From Anaerolineaceae bacterium (GTDB lineage: Bacteria > Chloroflexota > Anaerolineae > Aggregatilineales > Phototrophicaceae), in the NCBI GenBank assembly GCA_037441665.1, contig JBBIRQ010000001.1:358666-382665 (forward strand): 24,000 nucleotides of DNA. Direction: 5' to 3'. Shown here one piece after another: positions 8,666 to 19,100 of this stretch. The position numbers and the translations under genes were made by a program. Under the pieces are notes generated by a model. That model was not told the origin of the DNA and did no database searches. It saw only the letters and a program-made list of their open reading frames with translations. Within the stretch, counting starts at the first letter, position 1; every line of letters begins with the position of its first letter.

Positions 8666-9606
8666 TCTACAGAGGTATACAAAGTCATCAAGGTAGCGCG
8701 CGCCGCGGCAATATCGGCGTGAATTTGCGCTTTCAAATCCGCTATCCCTGCGAACTTCTGTTCAGGGCGCAAGCGCGATTCAAAGGTAATGGTTAGCTCT
8801 TTGCCATAAATATCGCGGTCAAAATCGAGCAAGTGCGCCTCTACCGTGATATTTTCGCCCCTAAAAGTAGGACGGACGCCTATATTGGTCACAGCCATAA
8901 AGCGCTCTGCGCCCAATAGCGCCCAACCGGCGTAAACGCCATTAGACGGCAAGACGTAGCCTTCCCAAACGGCGATATTCGCGGTCGGGAAACCTAATTG
9001 CCGTCCGCGTTGGTCGCCTTTAACCACCTTGCCCGATACGGAATAGCTCCGCCCTAACCACTCGCGCACGCCATCTACAGCCCCTTCTTGAATGCGCTCG
9101 CGGATTTTGGAACTGCTGATGACAGCGCCTTCATCTGCATTGAGGATGAGGTCGAGCGTGTGCACCGTGAACCCTTTTTCGCGCCCTTGGGCTTGTAAAA
9201 AGTGAATATCGCCTTCGCGCTTGTAACCCATGGCGAAATCTGCCCCCACCCACAATGCCGACAACTTCAAATAGCGCGATAACTGGTCTACGAAATCGGC
9301 CGCGCGGATATGCCGTACCGATTCATTGAACGGATGGGTCACCACCCAATCAATCCCTAAAGACATCATCAACTCGGCGCGTTGTTGAGGTGTCGTTAAA
9401 TAATATCGCCCCTCTAATCCTTTGAGGACGGCGTCAGGATGTGGAAAGAATGTGAGCGCGACCGCATCGCGATTCGTCGCCCGCGCCTCGGCCACCAAAC
9501 GCTTGAGCAAAGCCTGATGCCCAATATGTAAGCCATCAAAAACCCCTATCGTGACGATAGAAGCTCTGGATACCTGTGCATCCGATAATTGATAAACATG
9601 ACCCAT
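8662..9606 (-). CDS. ribF: Bifunctional riboflavin kinase / FAD synthetase
   Basis: VTIGVFDGLHIGHQALL, SSSKIRE-like SSSKIRERIQEG, VVKGDQRGRQLGFPTANI, GVYAGWA, GVRPTF. Confidence 0.96.
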   Translation of the reverse strand: MGHVYQLSDAQVSRASIVTIGVFDGLHIGHQALLKRLVAEARATNRDAVALTFFPHPDAVLKGLEGRYYLTTPQQRAELMMSLGIDWVVTHPFNESVRHIRAADFVDQLSRYLKLSALWVGADFAMGYKREGDIHFLQAQGREKGFTVHTLDLILNADEGAVISSSKIRERIQEGAVDGVREWLGRSYSVSGKVVKGDQRGRQLGFPTANIAVWEGYVLPSNGVYAGWALLGAERFMAVTNIGVRPTFRGENITVEAHLLDFDRDIYGKELTITFESRLRPEQKFAGIADLKAQIHADIAAARATLMTLYTSVD

Positions 9607-9651
9607 TAGTCGTTTCGTCCCTACTACCGCGTGAGCGCTATTGTATCAAAG

Positions 9652-10533
9652 TTATCTCAAAAATACTTTATGCGGCTTCCAATAATGACCTTTTAGGCTC
9701 GCCAGAATAGCCACCAATTGACCATCCTCGCCTATGGCGATAGCGCGCTCATCAGCCTTCGCATCAACACGCGCGAGATAACGCCCTTGGCGTATTGCCT
9801 GCGCTTCTTCCTCCGATACGGTTAGTTTTAGCCAATCATCAAAAGGAGTGAGTGGCGATTTTAGATAAGCGCCCCAATCTAAGGATGCCTCCAGCGCGTC
9901 TAAAGCCACAGCATCATCAATGCGAAAAGAGCCGCTCGCCAAGCGCCTTAAAGCGCTCAAGTGCCCACCCACACCCAAAACCTCGCCTATATCATGCGCC
10001 AAGCTCCGAATGTAGGTGCCTGCACCGCATACCACTTCTATTGTCAATTTAGGCGCTGACCATGCCACCAGATGCAGTTGATGGATGGTAACCGGTCGCG
10101 GCGTGCGGGCGACCACCTGACCAGCGCGGGCCAGCTCGTACAATTTGCGCCCGCCCTGCTTAATGGCGCTATACATCGGCGGGATTTGGTCGAAAGTGCC
10201 CACAAAAGAGGCTAAAACGGCTTCTATCTCCGTTTGGGTGATGCCGCCGAGGGGCTTTTCTGCGATGATAAGCCCTTCGGCGTCGTAAGTATCTGTACTG
10301 ACCCCCAAATGAATATCCGCGCGGTAGATTTTGGTTGTGTGCATCACATAATCGCTCAGGCGGGTTGCCGCGCCCAAACACACCACTAAAACGCCCGTCG
10401 CTAAAGGGTCAAGCGTGCCCCCATGCCCTACCTTATCGGATATGCCACGGGCTTTGAGCAAACGCCGAATGAACGCCACCACATCATGGCTCGTCACCCC
10501 TTGCGGCTTATCTATGTTCAAAAAACCGAACAT
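9652..10533 (-). CDS. truB: tRNA pseudouridine(55) synthase TruB
   Basis: MFGFLNIDKPQGVTSHDVV, KVGHGGTLDPLATGVLVVCLGAATR, QIPPMYSAIKQGGRKLYELARAG, CGAGTYIRSLAHDIG. Confidence 0.97.
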   Translation of the reverse strand: MFGFLNIDKPQGVTSHDVVAFIRRLLKARGISDKVGHGGTLDPLATGVLVVCLGAATRLSDYVMHTTKIYRADIHLGVSTDTYDAEGLIIAEKPLGGITQTEIEAVLASFVGTFDQIPPMYSAIKQGGRKLYELARAGQVVARTPRPVTIHQLHLVAWSAPKLTIEVVCGAGTYIRSLAHDIGEVLGVGGHLSALRRLASGSFRIDDAVALDALEASLDWGAYLKSPLTPFDDWLKLTVSEEEAQAIRQGRYLARVDAKADERAIAIGEDGQLVAILASLKGHYWKPHKVFLR

Positions 10534-10542
10534 CAGCCATCA

Positions 10543-11523
10543 TCAAGCAGATTGACCACGCCGTACCACATCATCTAGCATCGGCAACACGCGCGCTTGT
10601 GCATCTGGGATGGGGCCGGCGATAGTTGCGCCCGCCGCCTGCTTGTGGCCGCCCCCCCCTAACTGGAAAGCGACCGCGCTCACGTCGTAACCGGGCTTAG
10701 AGCGCAAACTCAACTCAACCTCTCCTGTCTCGGTCTCTTTGAAGACAACAGCGACCACCGCTTCAGCAACGGTATTCAACAGGCTCACCAACCCCCCATC
10801 CGATGCATCGTTCAAGCCCACCGCTTGAAAATCGCTATACGCAATCCACGTGTGCACAATCTGATTGCGGAGTTCGACGCGCGGCAATGCTTGCTTCCAC
10901 AGGCGTATCACTTGATAAGAATGATTCTCTAGGGTTCGGGCCATAATTTGCGCTAACTGGGCGCCTTTTTCAATCAGGTCACGCGCAATATCCAAAGTCC
11001 GCGAGCTAACGCCACTGGTGCGGAAGCCTAAGGTATCGGTCACCAACCCTAACAACAGGCATTGAGCGACGGCCGCGCTCATGGTATACCCGGACATATG
11101 GCTTAGCCAATCATAGACAATCTCTGTCGCGGATACGGCGGAAGGCACAACCAAATGAACATCCCCAAACAGCGTATTGGTGGGGTGGTGGTCGAGATTG
11201 ATAATACGCCCGCTATGCGCCCGAGCATATTGGCCACAATGGCCCGTTCGGGGTTCATCGCTAGCGTCCGTAGAAATCATTACATCAAAGCGACCCTCCT
11301 TCAGTTCGGGGACGACGCTATCCGCCCCCGGACAAAAGGCCAGCGATTGCGGCACCCCGCCATCTACGGCCGCCACTACCGTTTTGCCCATCTCTTTCAT
11401 GGCATTGGCCAAACCCAACAGCGAGCCAATAGCATCGCCATCGGGGGATAGGTGCGTGACGATGACAATCGTTTGTGCCGCTTCGATGGTATGGGTGGCT
11501 TCAGTCCAGCGTGAAATTGTCAT
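10543..11523 (-). CDS. nrnA: DHH-family bifunctional oligoribonuclease / pAp phosphatase
   Basis: IVTHLSPDGDAIGSLLGL, IINLDHHPTNTLFGDV, C-terminal DHHA1 GGGHKQAAGATI. Confidence 0.93.
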   Translation of the reverse strand: MTISRWTEATHTIEAAQTIVIVTHLSPDGDAIGSLLGLANAMKEMGKTVVAAVDGGVPQSLAFCPGADSVVPELKEGRFDVMISTDASDEPRTGHCGQYARAHSGRIINLDHHPTNTLFGDVHLVVPSAVSATEIVYDWLSHMSGYTMSAAVAQCLLLGLVTDTLGFRTSGVSSRTLDIARDLIEKGAQLAQIMARTLENHSYQVIRLWKQALPRVELRNQIVHTWIAYSDFQAVGLNDASDGGLVSLLNTVAEAVVAVVFKETETGEVELSLRSKPGYDVSAVAFQLGGGGHKQAAGATIAGPIPDAQARVLPMLDDVVRRGQSA

Positions 11524-11887
11524 CGGTCGCGGTATCCTCTGTAGCGGGGATGTGTAAATCGGCGATAATCTGATTCAAGCGCTCCCCGCGGGAAAGCGTC
11601 TCGTCCCAGTAAAATAGCAATTCAGGGGTGTTCCGTAAGCGAATCCGTTTGCCCACCTCGCGGCGCAAAAAACCATTCGCGCGGCGCAGACCGGCCAAGA
11701 CGTCCTCTTTGCGGGTCTCGTCCCCCAGCGCATTCACGTAAATCTTGGCGAACATCAACTCATTATCGAGCGTTACTTCGGTCACTGTCACCCCTTGTAA
11801 ACGAGGGTCAGACACCTCTTTCAGCAGTAATTCGCTCAAGATGTGACGGATACGGTCGGACATCCGCCCTTGTTTGATGGACATCAT
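11501..11887 (-). CDS. rbfA: Ribosome-binding factor A
   Basis: MMSIKQGRMSDRIRHILSELLLKEVSDPRLQGVTVTEVTLDNELMFAKIYV; start at 11887 supported by AGGAGGTGG immediately upstream. The longer track ORF start (12043) lies inside infB. Confidence 0.93.
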   Translation of the reverse strand: MMSIKQGRMSDRIRHILSELLLKEVSDPRLQGVTVTEVTLDNELMFAKIYVNALGDETRKEDVLAGLRRANGFLRREVGKRIRLRNTPELLFYWDETLSRGERLNQIIADLHIPATEDTATDDNFTLD

Positions 11888-11930
11888 TCCACCTCCTTCA
11901 TCTATTGGGCGTGGTTGGCCAACGCCCTCT

Positions 11931-13742
11931 CTAGACGCGCCGCATCTCGAAAAATTCGATACGGTCGCCCTCTTTGAACGCTTCAAAGTTATCAAGGCTG
12001 ACGCCACACTCAAACCCGGTGCGAACCTCGCGCACATCTTCATTAAAGCGCTTGAGCGATGTCACCCGCGCTTCCGGCAAGATGATGTCGCCGCCACGAC
12101 GGACGCGCGCTTTGGCATTGCGTCGGGCTTCCCCTTCTAGGATGTAACAACCCGCCACGACGCCAATTTTAGCGATGCGGAACAACTGGCGTACTTCGGC
12201 AACGCCAATGGTGACGGCCTCGTATGTTGGCTCTAACAAACCATTGAGGGCCAATTCAAGGTCTTCTAGTAGCTTGTAGATGATGTTGTATTGGCGAATT
12301 TCGACCGAGCGCGCATCCGCAGAAACGCGGGCGGCGTTATCCACGTTCACATTAAAGCCGACGATGACCGCGTGCGATGCGCTAGCTAACATGACATCGC
12401 TTTCTGTGATGTTGCCGACGTCTGCCAACAATATCCGCACGCCGATGCCTTGTTCGTTTTCTTCGCTCAGCTTTTTGATGGAATCCACGATAGGTTGCAA
12501 AGAGCCTTGCACATCTACCTTTAAGATGATGTTGAACTCTTTGGCTTGCCCGGCTTGGAATTGTGCGAATAAATCTTCAAGGGTCAAGGCGGGGGCGGCG
12601 GGCTGTCCACGGCGGCTCTCGGCCTCGTTCAAACGACCTTCTACCAAAGCGCGCGCCTCCTTATCGTGCTTGACGCGCTCGAACATTTCGGCGGGTTCGG
12701 GCGGCGTATTCAAACCCAAAACCGATACCGGCATAGAAGGGCCGGCCTCGTTCACTGCCGCGCCAGATGCGTCAAACATCGCTTTAATGCGGCCATAGGC
12801 CACCCCAGCGACGATAGTATCGCCGCGGCGAAGCGTGCCATTCATCACCAACAAGGTGGCGACAGTCCCGCGGTTGCGCTCAATCTTCGATTCGATGACT
12901 GTACCGCGGGCGATACCCTTAGGATTTGCTAGGATTTGGTTATCATCTGCCACCAGCAAAAGCGCCTCCAGCAAATCATCTATGCCTTGGCCTGTCGGCG
13001 CAGAGACGGGCACCATCAAGGTATCGCCATCCCAATCATCGGGGGTCAGCCCCAATTCTACTAATTGTTGCTTGACTTGGTCTACATTGGCGTTGCGTTT
13101 ATCCACTTTGGTAATCGCCACCACGATAGGCACATTGGCGGCGCGCGCATGGTTGAGCGCCTCGCGGGTTGTCGGCATCACGCCATCATCTGCCGCCACC
13201 ACCAAAATGGCGATGTCCGCCCCGGCCGCCCCCCGCGCCCGCATCGCCGTGAAGGCTTCGTGACCGGGCGTATCCAGAAAGGTGATAAGCCGTCCTTGAT
13301 GTTTTACCTGATAAGCGCCGATATGCTGGGTGATACCTCCGGCCTCTCCGGCGGCGACGTTGGTTTTACGGATAGTGTCTAATAACGTGGTCTTGCCGTG
13401 GTCTACATGCCCCAAAATGGTCACGATAGGCGGGCGCGGGACCATGTCTTCCGCCTTTTCGTCGTAGTAAATGCGTTTCCATTTTTCGGCTGTTTTTTCC
13501 GCGCGCGCTTGCGCTTCTTGGGCTTCTTTTGCCTCGCTGGCAGACTGCGCTTCAAACCCCATATCGGCGATGACGATTGCCGCTGTATCGAAATCAATCT
13601 GCTGGTTGATCGAGGCCATGATGCCATTGGCGATGAGCCGTTTCATCACATCAATGGGGCTAGCGTCCATCAGTTCTGCCAATTCGCGCACCGTCAAATA
13701 GTCGGGGACGAGAATAGCTTGTTTATGTTGTGCCATAGGCAC
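11931..13742 (-). CDS. infB: Translation initiation factor IF-2 (compact N-terminus)
   Basis: [64 protein letters not shown]; AGGAGG upstream of start. Confidence 0.98.
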   Translation of the reverse strand: MPMAQHKQAILVPDYLTVRELAELMDASPIDVMKRLIANGIMASINQQIDFDTAAIVIADMGFEAQSASEAKEAQEAQARAEKTAEKWKRIYYDEKAEDMVPRPPIVTILGHVDHGKTTLLDTIRKTNVAAGEAGGITQHIGAYQVKHQGRLITFLDTPGHEAFTAMRARGAAGADIAILVVAADDGVMPTTREALNHARAANVPIVVAITKVDKRNANVDQVKQQLVELGLTPDDWDGDTLMVPVSAPTGQGIDDLLEALLLVADDNQILANPKGIARGTVIESKIERNRGTVATLLVMNGTLRRGDTIVAGVAYGRIKAMFDASGAAVNEAGPSMPVSVLGLNTPPEPAEMFERVKHDKEARALVEGRLNEAESRRGQPAAPALTLEDLFAQFQAGQAKEFNIILKVDVQGSLQPIVDSIKKLSEENEQGIGVRILLADVGNITESDVMLASASHAVIVGFNVNVDNAARVSADARSVEIRQYNIIYKLLEDLELALNGLLEPTYEAVTIGVAEVRQLFRIAKIGVVAGCYILEGEARRNAKARVRRGGDIILPEARVTSLKRFNEDVREVRTGFECGVSLDNFEAFKEGDRIEFFEMRRV

Positions 13743-13818
13743 CTCCTAGTTGCACACAGAACGATGGACTTATGCAATCATCATGCGCCACCGTTCCTGA
13801 TAAAGATAAATGTTCATA

Positions 13819-14094
13819 TTAGCGCGGTTGCCCTTCGAGAAGCTGTTGACGGTCTTCATCGGTCAACAGCGTTCGCAAGGCTTTAGCTAAAGCGTCTGTG
13901 CGGATGGCGCGCGACCAGCATTGCGGATTATCGCATAGATACGCGCCCCGCCCCGCCATTTTGCCGCTCTTATCAATGGCGATACCTGTAGGACCGCGCA
14001 CAATGCGGGTTAATTGCCGCTTTGCGTCTTTTTCGCGACAAATGACGCATGTGCGTTGGGGAATGTGTTTACGACGTGCAACTGCTGGTGTCAT
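13819..14094 (-). CDS. rnpM: RNase P modulator RnpM (YlxR)
   Basis: RTCVICREKDAKRQLTRIVR ... GRGAYLCDNPQCWSRAI is the YlxR signature, in the expected position between nusA and infB. Confidence 0.93.
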   Translation of the reverse strand: MTPAVARRKHIPQRTCVICREKDAKRQLTRIVRGPTGIAIDKSGKMAGRGAYLCDNPQCWSRAIRTDALAKALRTLLTDEDRQQLLEGQPR

Positions 14095-14117
14095 AACGCC
14101 AAACGCCCATCACCTCA

Positions 14118-16043
14118 TTAAAAATCATCCCAGTCAACGCCGCCGCGGCGATTGCCTTTGCGTTGCCGCTTGGCTATCATCTTGCCGGTCTTCTCATCAA
14201 AGACCAGCTGGCGCCCTTTCTTTTGCCCCTTCTTTTTATGTTTCTTAGAACGACTGATGATTTCTTCATCTTCTTCATCGTCGTCATAATCATACTCATC
14301 AAAATCTACGACGGCTTCGCGCTTTTCCGCTTTGGGGCGCGCCTCGGAGGCGGCTACCGTTGGCACGAGCGCTTCGTTACCAAAAGCATCCCATAAGGGT
14401 TCATCTATCGCCTCTTCAAGGCTTGGTTCTGGCGTCATCGCTGGCTCATCCGTCGCCAAAGGCACTTCTTCAGCCTCTGGGGATAGTACGTCTGCTTCTG
14501 GCAGGGCTTCTTCTTCGTCTTCGTCCAGTTCGCCTAGCTCCTCAAAGTCGGGGAATACCGCTTTATCCAAGGCCGTTTGTACTTGCGTTAAAGCATCAGC
14601 CCCTACATCAGCGAGCAAGCGGCGGATACGGTCTTCGTCTATCAGGAAGCGCAACATCACTTCGCCAGCATTACCCAACGGCTTCAACGCTTCGATAATC
14701 TCATCAGAAAGGTCTAAATCTTCCACGGAAATGGTAAAGGCGTTAGCGGGCAAAGTCGCTTTAACCGCGTTGATTTCCTCACGGCGGCGCTGGCGCGAGC
14801 GCTCCCGTTCGGCGAGCAGGCGGCGTTCGACCAAATCCGCAAATTTGCCCAAGAGGTTCAGCTCTTCGGCGGTCACCGCGCGATTTTGGGCGCGCTTTTC
14901 TATCACACGCTCCACATCGGCCACCATATCGGCATATTGTTCGCGTATTTCCGCCAACATCGGCTGATGCAAATTGGATAACGCCCAATTAACCGCTTCT
15001 GGCACGCTCTTGATGTCAATACGCCAGCCCGTCAGCTTGGCGGCGAGGCGCGCATTCTGGCCTTCCCGCCCGATGGCGAGCGATAGTTGGTCATCAGGGA
15101 CGATGACTACTGCCGTCCGTCCGCTATCGGGGTCATCCTCAAGATAGACACCCGTCACGCGCGCCGGCTTTAGCGCTTCTGAGATAAATTGCTCGTGGTT
15201 GGGCTTCCATTCGATAACATCAATTTTTTCGTCGTGCAGTTCCTTGACGATGTTTTGGATACGCACGCCGCGCATGCCTACGCAAGCGCCAACGGGGTCT
15301 ATCCCGTCTTGGAGCGCGGCCACAGCCACTTTAGAGCGGTAACCCGCTTCGCGGGCGATACTTTTAATTTCAATCTGCCCGTTGAAAATTTCGGGCACTT
15401 CGTACTCTAGCAAGCGGCGCAACATATTGCGGTGGCTACGGCTCACGATAATTTGCGGCCCTCTATTGGTGCGCTTCACTTCTAGGCAATAGGTCCGTAG
15501 TTTTTCGTGCGGGCGGTAACGCTCGCCGGGGATTTGCTGATTGCGGGGCATGATAGCTTCTGCGCGCCCCAAACTCAAAGTGACCATAGAAGCGTTAACG
15601 CTCTGGACCGTGCCCGTGATTAAATCGCCCGCGCGGTCGGCGAATTCATCATATAAAGCGTTGCGTTCGGCCTCGCGTATCTTTTGCAAGATAACTTGCT
15701 TAGCGGTTTGTGCGGCAATGCGGCCAAAACGCTTGGTCGAACCTTCTACTTGTACCATCACCATATCGCCCAACTGCGCTTCGGGTTCATAAAAGCGCGC
15801 GGTCTCTAGGGTAACTTCTGTCGAATCGTTGAAAATCGCATCAACGACCTCTTTTTCTACGAAAATGCGCGCCCGACCTGTATTGGGGTCTATGCGCGCC
15901 TCCACACGTTGGGCGGAACTGGCATTCGCGTCGCGCCGATAGGCGGAGACTAATGCAGATTGTAGCGCTTCGATGACGACTTCACGGGGTAAGGCCCGCG
16001 CCTCTGCGATTTCATTAAAAGCGGTTTCTAAATCGTTCGCCAT
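14118..16043 (-). CDS. nusA: Transcription termination/antitermination factor NusA with long charged C-terminal tail
   Basis: N-terminal NusA domain [34 protein letters not shown]1 domain, [43 protein letters not shown]; about 140-aa acidic/basic extension. Confidence 0.97.
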   Translation of the reverse strand: MANDLETAFNEIAEARALPREVVIEALQSALVSAYRRDANASSAQRVEARIDPNTGRARIFVEKEVVDAIFNDSTEVTLETARFYEPEAQLGDMVMVQVEGSTKRFGRIAAQTAKQVILQKIREAERNALYDEFADRAGDLITGTVQSVNASMVTLSLGRAEAIMPRNQQIPGERYRPHEKLRTYCLEVKRTNRGPQIIVSRSHRNMLRRLLEYEVPEIFNGQIEIKSIAREAGYRSKVAVAALQDGIDPVGACVGMRGVRIQNIVKELHDEKIDVIEWKPNHEQFISEALKPARVTGVYLEDDPDSGRTAVVIVPDDQLSLAIGREGQNARLAAKLTGWRIDIKSVPEAVNWALSNLHQPMLAEIREQYADMVADVERVIEKRAQNRAVTAEELNLLGKFADLVERRLLAERERSRQRRREEINAVKATLPANAFTISVEDLDLSDEIIEALKPLGNAGEVMLRFLIDEDRIRRLLADVGADALTQVQTALDKAVFPDFEELGELDEDEEEALPEADVLSPEAEEVPLATDEPAMTPEPSLEEAIDEPLWDAFGNEALVPTVAASEARPKAEKREAVVDFDEYDYDDDEEDEEIISRSKKHKKKGQKKGRQLVFDEKTGKMIAKRQRKGNRRGGVDWDDF

Positions 16044-16091
16044 AATCCTACTCTATACCCCCACCGCACTGATAGGGCCATGCTATTAAAA

Positions 16092-16118
16092 CGAAAAGTG
16101 GGGTTGGCCCACTTTTCG
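16092..16118 (-). terminator. Hairpin upstream of nusA: terminator of the preceding membrane-protein gene and/or nusA leader attenuator
   Basis: Perfect 11-bp stem CGAAAAGTGGG (16092-16102) / CCCACTTTTCG (16108-16118), 5-nt loop; on the minus strand followed by TTTTAATAG. Confidence 0.65.
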
Positions 16119-16141
16119 CAAAAACACTTCGACTAATCAAA

Positions 16142-16171
16142 ATTGTAACATGGTGTCTTTCACCATGTCAA
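16142..16171 (-). promoter_or_regulatory. Near-consensus promoter of the nusA operon with palindromic spacer
   Basis: Minus strand TTGACA (16171-16166), 18-nt spacer, TACAAT (16147-16142). An 8-bp-arm inverted repeat ACATGGTG-N5-CACCATGT (16148-16168) fills the spacer. Confidence 0.7.
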
Positions 16172-16177
16172 GGCGAA

Positions 16178-19100
16178 CTACTCATCGCCTAAGGGTTCTT
16201 GGGTCGCTTCCTCTGTCTGCGGTATCACCAATTCTATTGTGGCTTCCGCCTCTTCCGGGACGACTTCTAAGGTCGTCTCGGCGGATGGCGCTTCGGGCAT
16301 CGTTTGGGGTTGGGGAAAGGGCTCGAACTTCAAAACACGCCCGATAGATGGGTCAGTGATGTAAACGTAGCCCTCATCATCTACATCAATCCCGCCAACG
16401 AGGCGGAACTGCCCGTTGTTATAAACTTCGCCGGCCAACTGTCCAAAAGAGCCTAGGCATTCGCCATCTGTGTTATAGACCAAAACACGCCCCGCGTCCG
16501 GGTCGGTGACGTAAAGCATCTGCCGCGCTTCGTCCAAAGCCAGATAAGGGCGGTTGCCCTGTTCGGCATACCAGCCCCGCACAGGGAAGGTGACGACAAA
16601 AGCGCCATCACGATTGAAAACAGAGATGCGACGATTCCAATAATCGGCCACGTACACCCGACCATCTGCGCCGACGACTATACTACTCGGCTCGTCAATT
16701 TGCCCGTCGCCACTACCGCCTGTGCCAATATCGCGGACATGCACGGCGATAGGGCCGCTGATGTCATAGACCCGAATGCGTTTATTGCCCGTATCGGCCA
16801 CATAGGCCAAATTTTGCTCATCAATGTCTACGTCACGCGGGCCCCAGAAAGCATCTAAGGGGCTTTGTGGCGCGTTAATGCCGAATTCGCCGGCTTGCCC
16901 CCAACGCTTAATCACTTCTCCGCCTATGGTCAACTGCTGGATGCGATAATTCCATGTATCCACCACAAAGAGGCTACCATCATTGCCCACAGCAACGCTA
17001 TTCGGCCGTGTGAACAAAGCCCCCACAGTTTCATCTCTCCCCTGTTGACCAATGGTAGAGATAAACTGCCCATCTTTAGTGAAGATAGAGATGCGATGGC
17101 TATTTTCCTCAGCGACATACACACGGTCATTATCGGCCACAGCTATACCCAAGGGGCGCACCAATGAAAGCGGGCTTTGCTCAAAGACGCGGGTAGCTTC
17201 TAACAGCATCCAATTGGTATTGCATTGATTCGTCGGCAATTCCGCTAAAACATTGGGCACCGCCCCGCCGCCAACGCCGTAGTTCCAAATCTGGGCGGCA
17301 AAATCTTTACGGATATAGACGTGCATTCTATCCGCCACAGGCCAATTGACCAAGCTAAAATCTTTGTTGATAGCCCGTCCATAGGTCGTATAATCTCTAT
17401 TCCACCAAATATCTAACACCCCTTGGCGAAGCAGAGGCGCGGTTGTATTTTGTGGGGATACATCGAAGAAATTAAGGACGCGGTCGGCCGTGAGATAAAA
17501 ATATTCTTGCATCGGCCACCATAGACGATTGTAATCGTAGCGATAATAACGGTCTTCGAGGAGCGGCTCGACCTTGGCGCGGTTGCCATCACCAATGACG
17601 ACGACCGCCGTATTCTCTAACTGTTGGAGCGTGGGGCTACTGCCTACATAAATCGCATTCGGAAAATCGCGAAAATACCAGCTATAAGGCCATGGCACAA
17701 GGTCATCATAAGCAAAACGAAGTGCCTTGCCATCGGTCATCCGCAAGCTCAAGTCTTCAATATCTTCTAACACGGTCTTGATGGCTGGCGCGGCATGGGC
17801 GTATACCAAAAATTCGGTAGCCAAGTCATAGTTGATAAAAGAGGCCATCCACGCAGAACGGAAGGTCAATACCGCTAGCAGAGCGAACACCCCAACAGCC
17901 AACATGTGGCGGAAGTGCGCCCAACCCGTCACACGGACGAAGCGCCACAAGATAGCCAACACCGTCCCGCTGAGCACGACCACCGCTAACCAGTTGCCCG
18001 TCCGCGCTAGCTGGGCTTGTTCCAAACCTGCAAATGGCGGCCGGCCGACGATGAAAGGCAAAATCACTTGTATAAAACCCGTGACGAATAGAGGGATGAG
18101 GACAACATAAACCCACCCCGCACGGCGAAACTGTCCCCAATCTATCCGTTCGATGATACGACCGAAAAACCAACCCGTGATGAAAATCATCGGCAGGGTC
18201 ATATGCGTGCCTAGCCAAGGCATCTTTTCCCCGGCCAACGTGTATGCCACCAAATTCAAGATGGCCCACCATCCCACGAATAACCAGAAAGGCACTTGCT
18301 CTAATTGAGATAGCTTCGCCAACCGCGCCAGCAAGCCTCTTACACGCTCATTCATCTCTGACGTGCGCTCAATCGTCATGACAGAATCAGCATCCAAAAC
18401 GACGTCATCAGCACTGATGGCCGCCAAACGCTTCTGTTCCAGAACGCCCTGTTCGGATGAAAGGTCTACATCATCCGGTTTAGGTTTTAGATAGCCGCTG
18501 GCATACAGTGTAGATAACTCATCCTGGATGGCGATTTGCTTGCGACGGCGGCGCCAGAATATCGTTACCGCGGCGAACATTCCACTAATACTGCCGAGCA
18601 CAGGCAAAAATTCATAAAAAGGCAAGATGATGAGCAAATAATAATACTGGGGTTGGCTACCGCGACGCACGCCCTGTTGCTCTAGCCAGTAACCAAGGCT
18701 ATAAATCATGCCCGTTGCCAAACCATCTATGTTAGTGAAAACGGTCGTGAAGAAAAAGGCAAAAATCGCATGAAAAATCGCCGAAGCGACGAGCCACTGC
18801 CGCCAATTCCACAATAGCCCCAAACCGATGGCCAAGGTCATCATCGGCACCCACGCCAAAAAGCCCAAGACCACTTGCCCGACTTGTTGGGGAGAATTCA
18901 CATCCGGCCGCGATAAAATGAGGTCGTTCAAAAATTGCGGCAACGACTGCGCGATAGCCGTATAATCCTGTGGCGTCGCCCGCATCAGATAGGGGATTAA
19001 CGCGGTCAACCACGGCAAAATGAGCGTGCCCATCACCATGAGGATGTCGAATTCGGGGAATTGCGCTAAAAATGCTTTCAAACGGATTAGGCGACCGTCA

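Noticed and set aside
11888-12043. N-terminal extension of the rbfA ORF in the track
   Set aside because: Overlaps infB; the real start at 11887 has a strong AGGAGGTGG Shine-Dalgarno and matches the usual RbfA N-terminus.
12280-13886. Several 100-170-aa + strand ORFs antisense to infB
   Set aside because: All lie within conserved infB (or run past its 5' end) with no recognisable domains; shadow ORFs.
14332-14967. 211-aa + strand ORF antisense to nusA, Ser-rich ([15 protein letters not shown])
   Set aside because: The Ser runs are the antisense reading of the Glu/Asp-rich NusA tail; an artefact of codon composition.
16148-16168. The ACATGGTG/CACCATGT hairpin as an intrinsic terminator of the large membrane-protein gene
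   Set aside because: The following sequence (TTACAATTTTG) is a poor U-tract, and the repeat sits exactly between -35 and -10 boxes, so a promoter/operator reading is stronger; not excluded.
18732-19013. Small minus ORF and other ORFs nested in the 1367-aa gene (e.g. 17826-18272, 19266-19574)
   Set aside because: They are alternative frames of a long hydrophobic CDS with clear domain content; no independent support.
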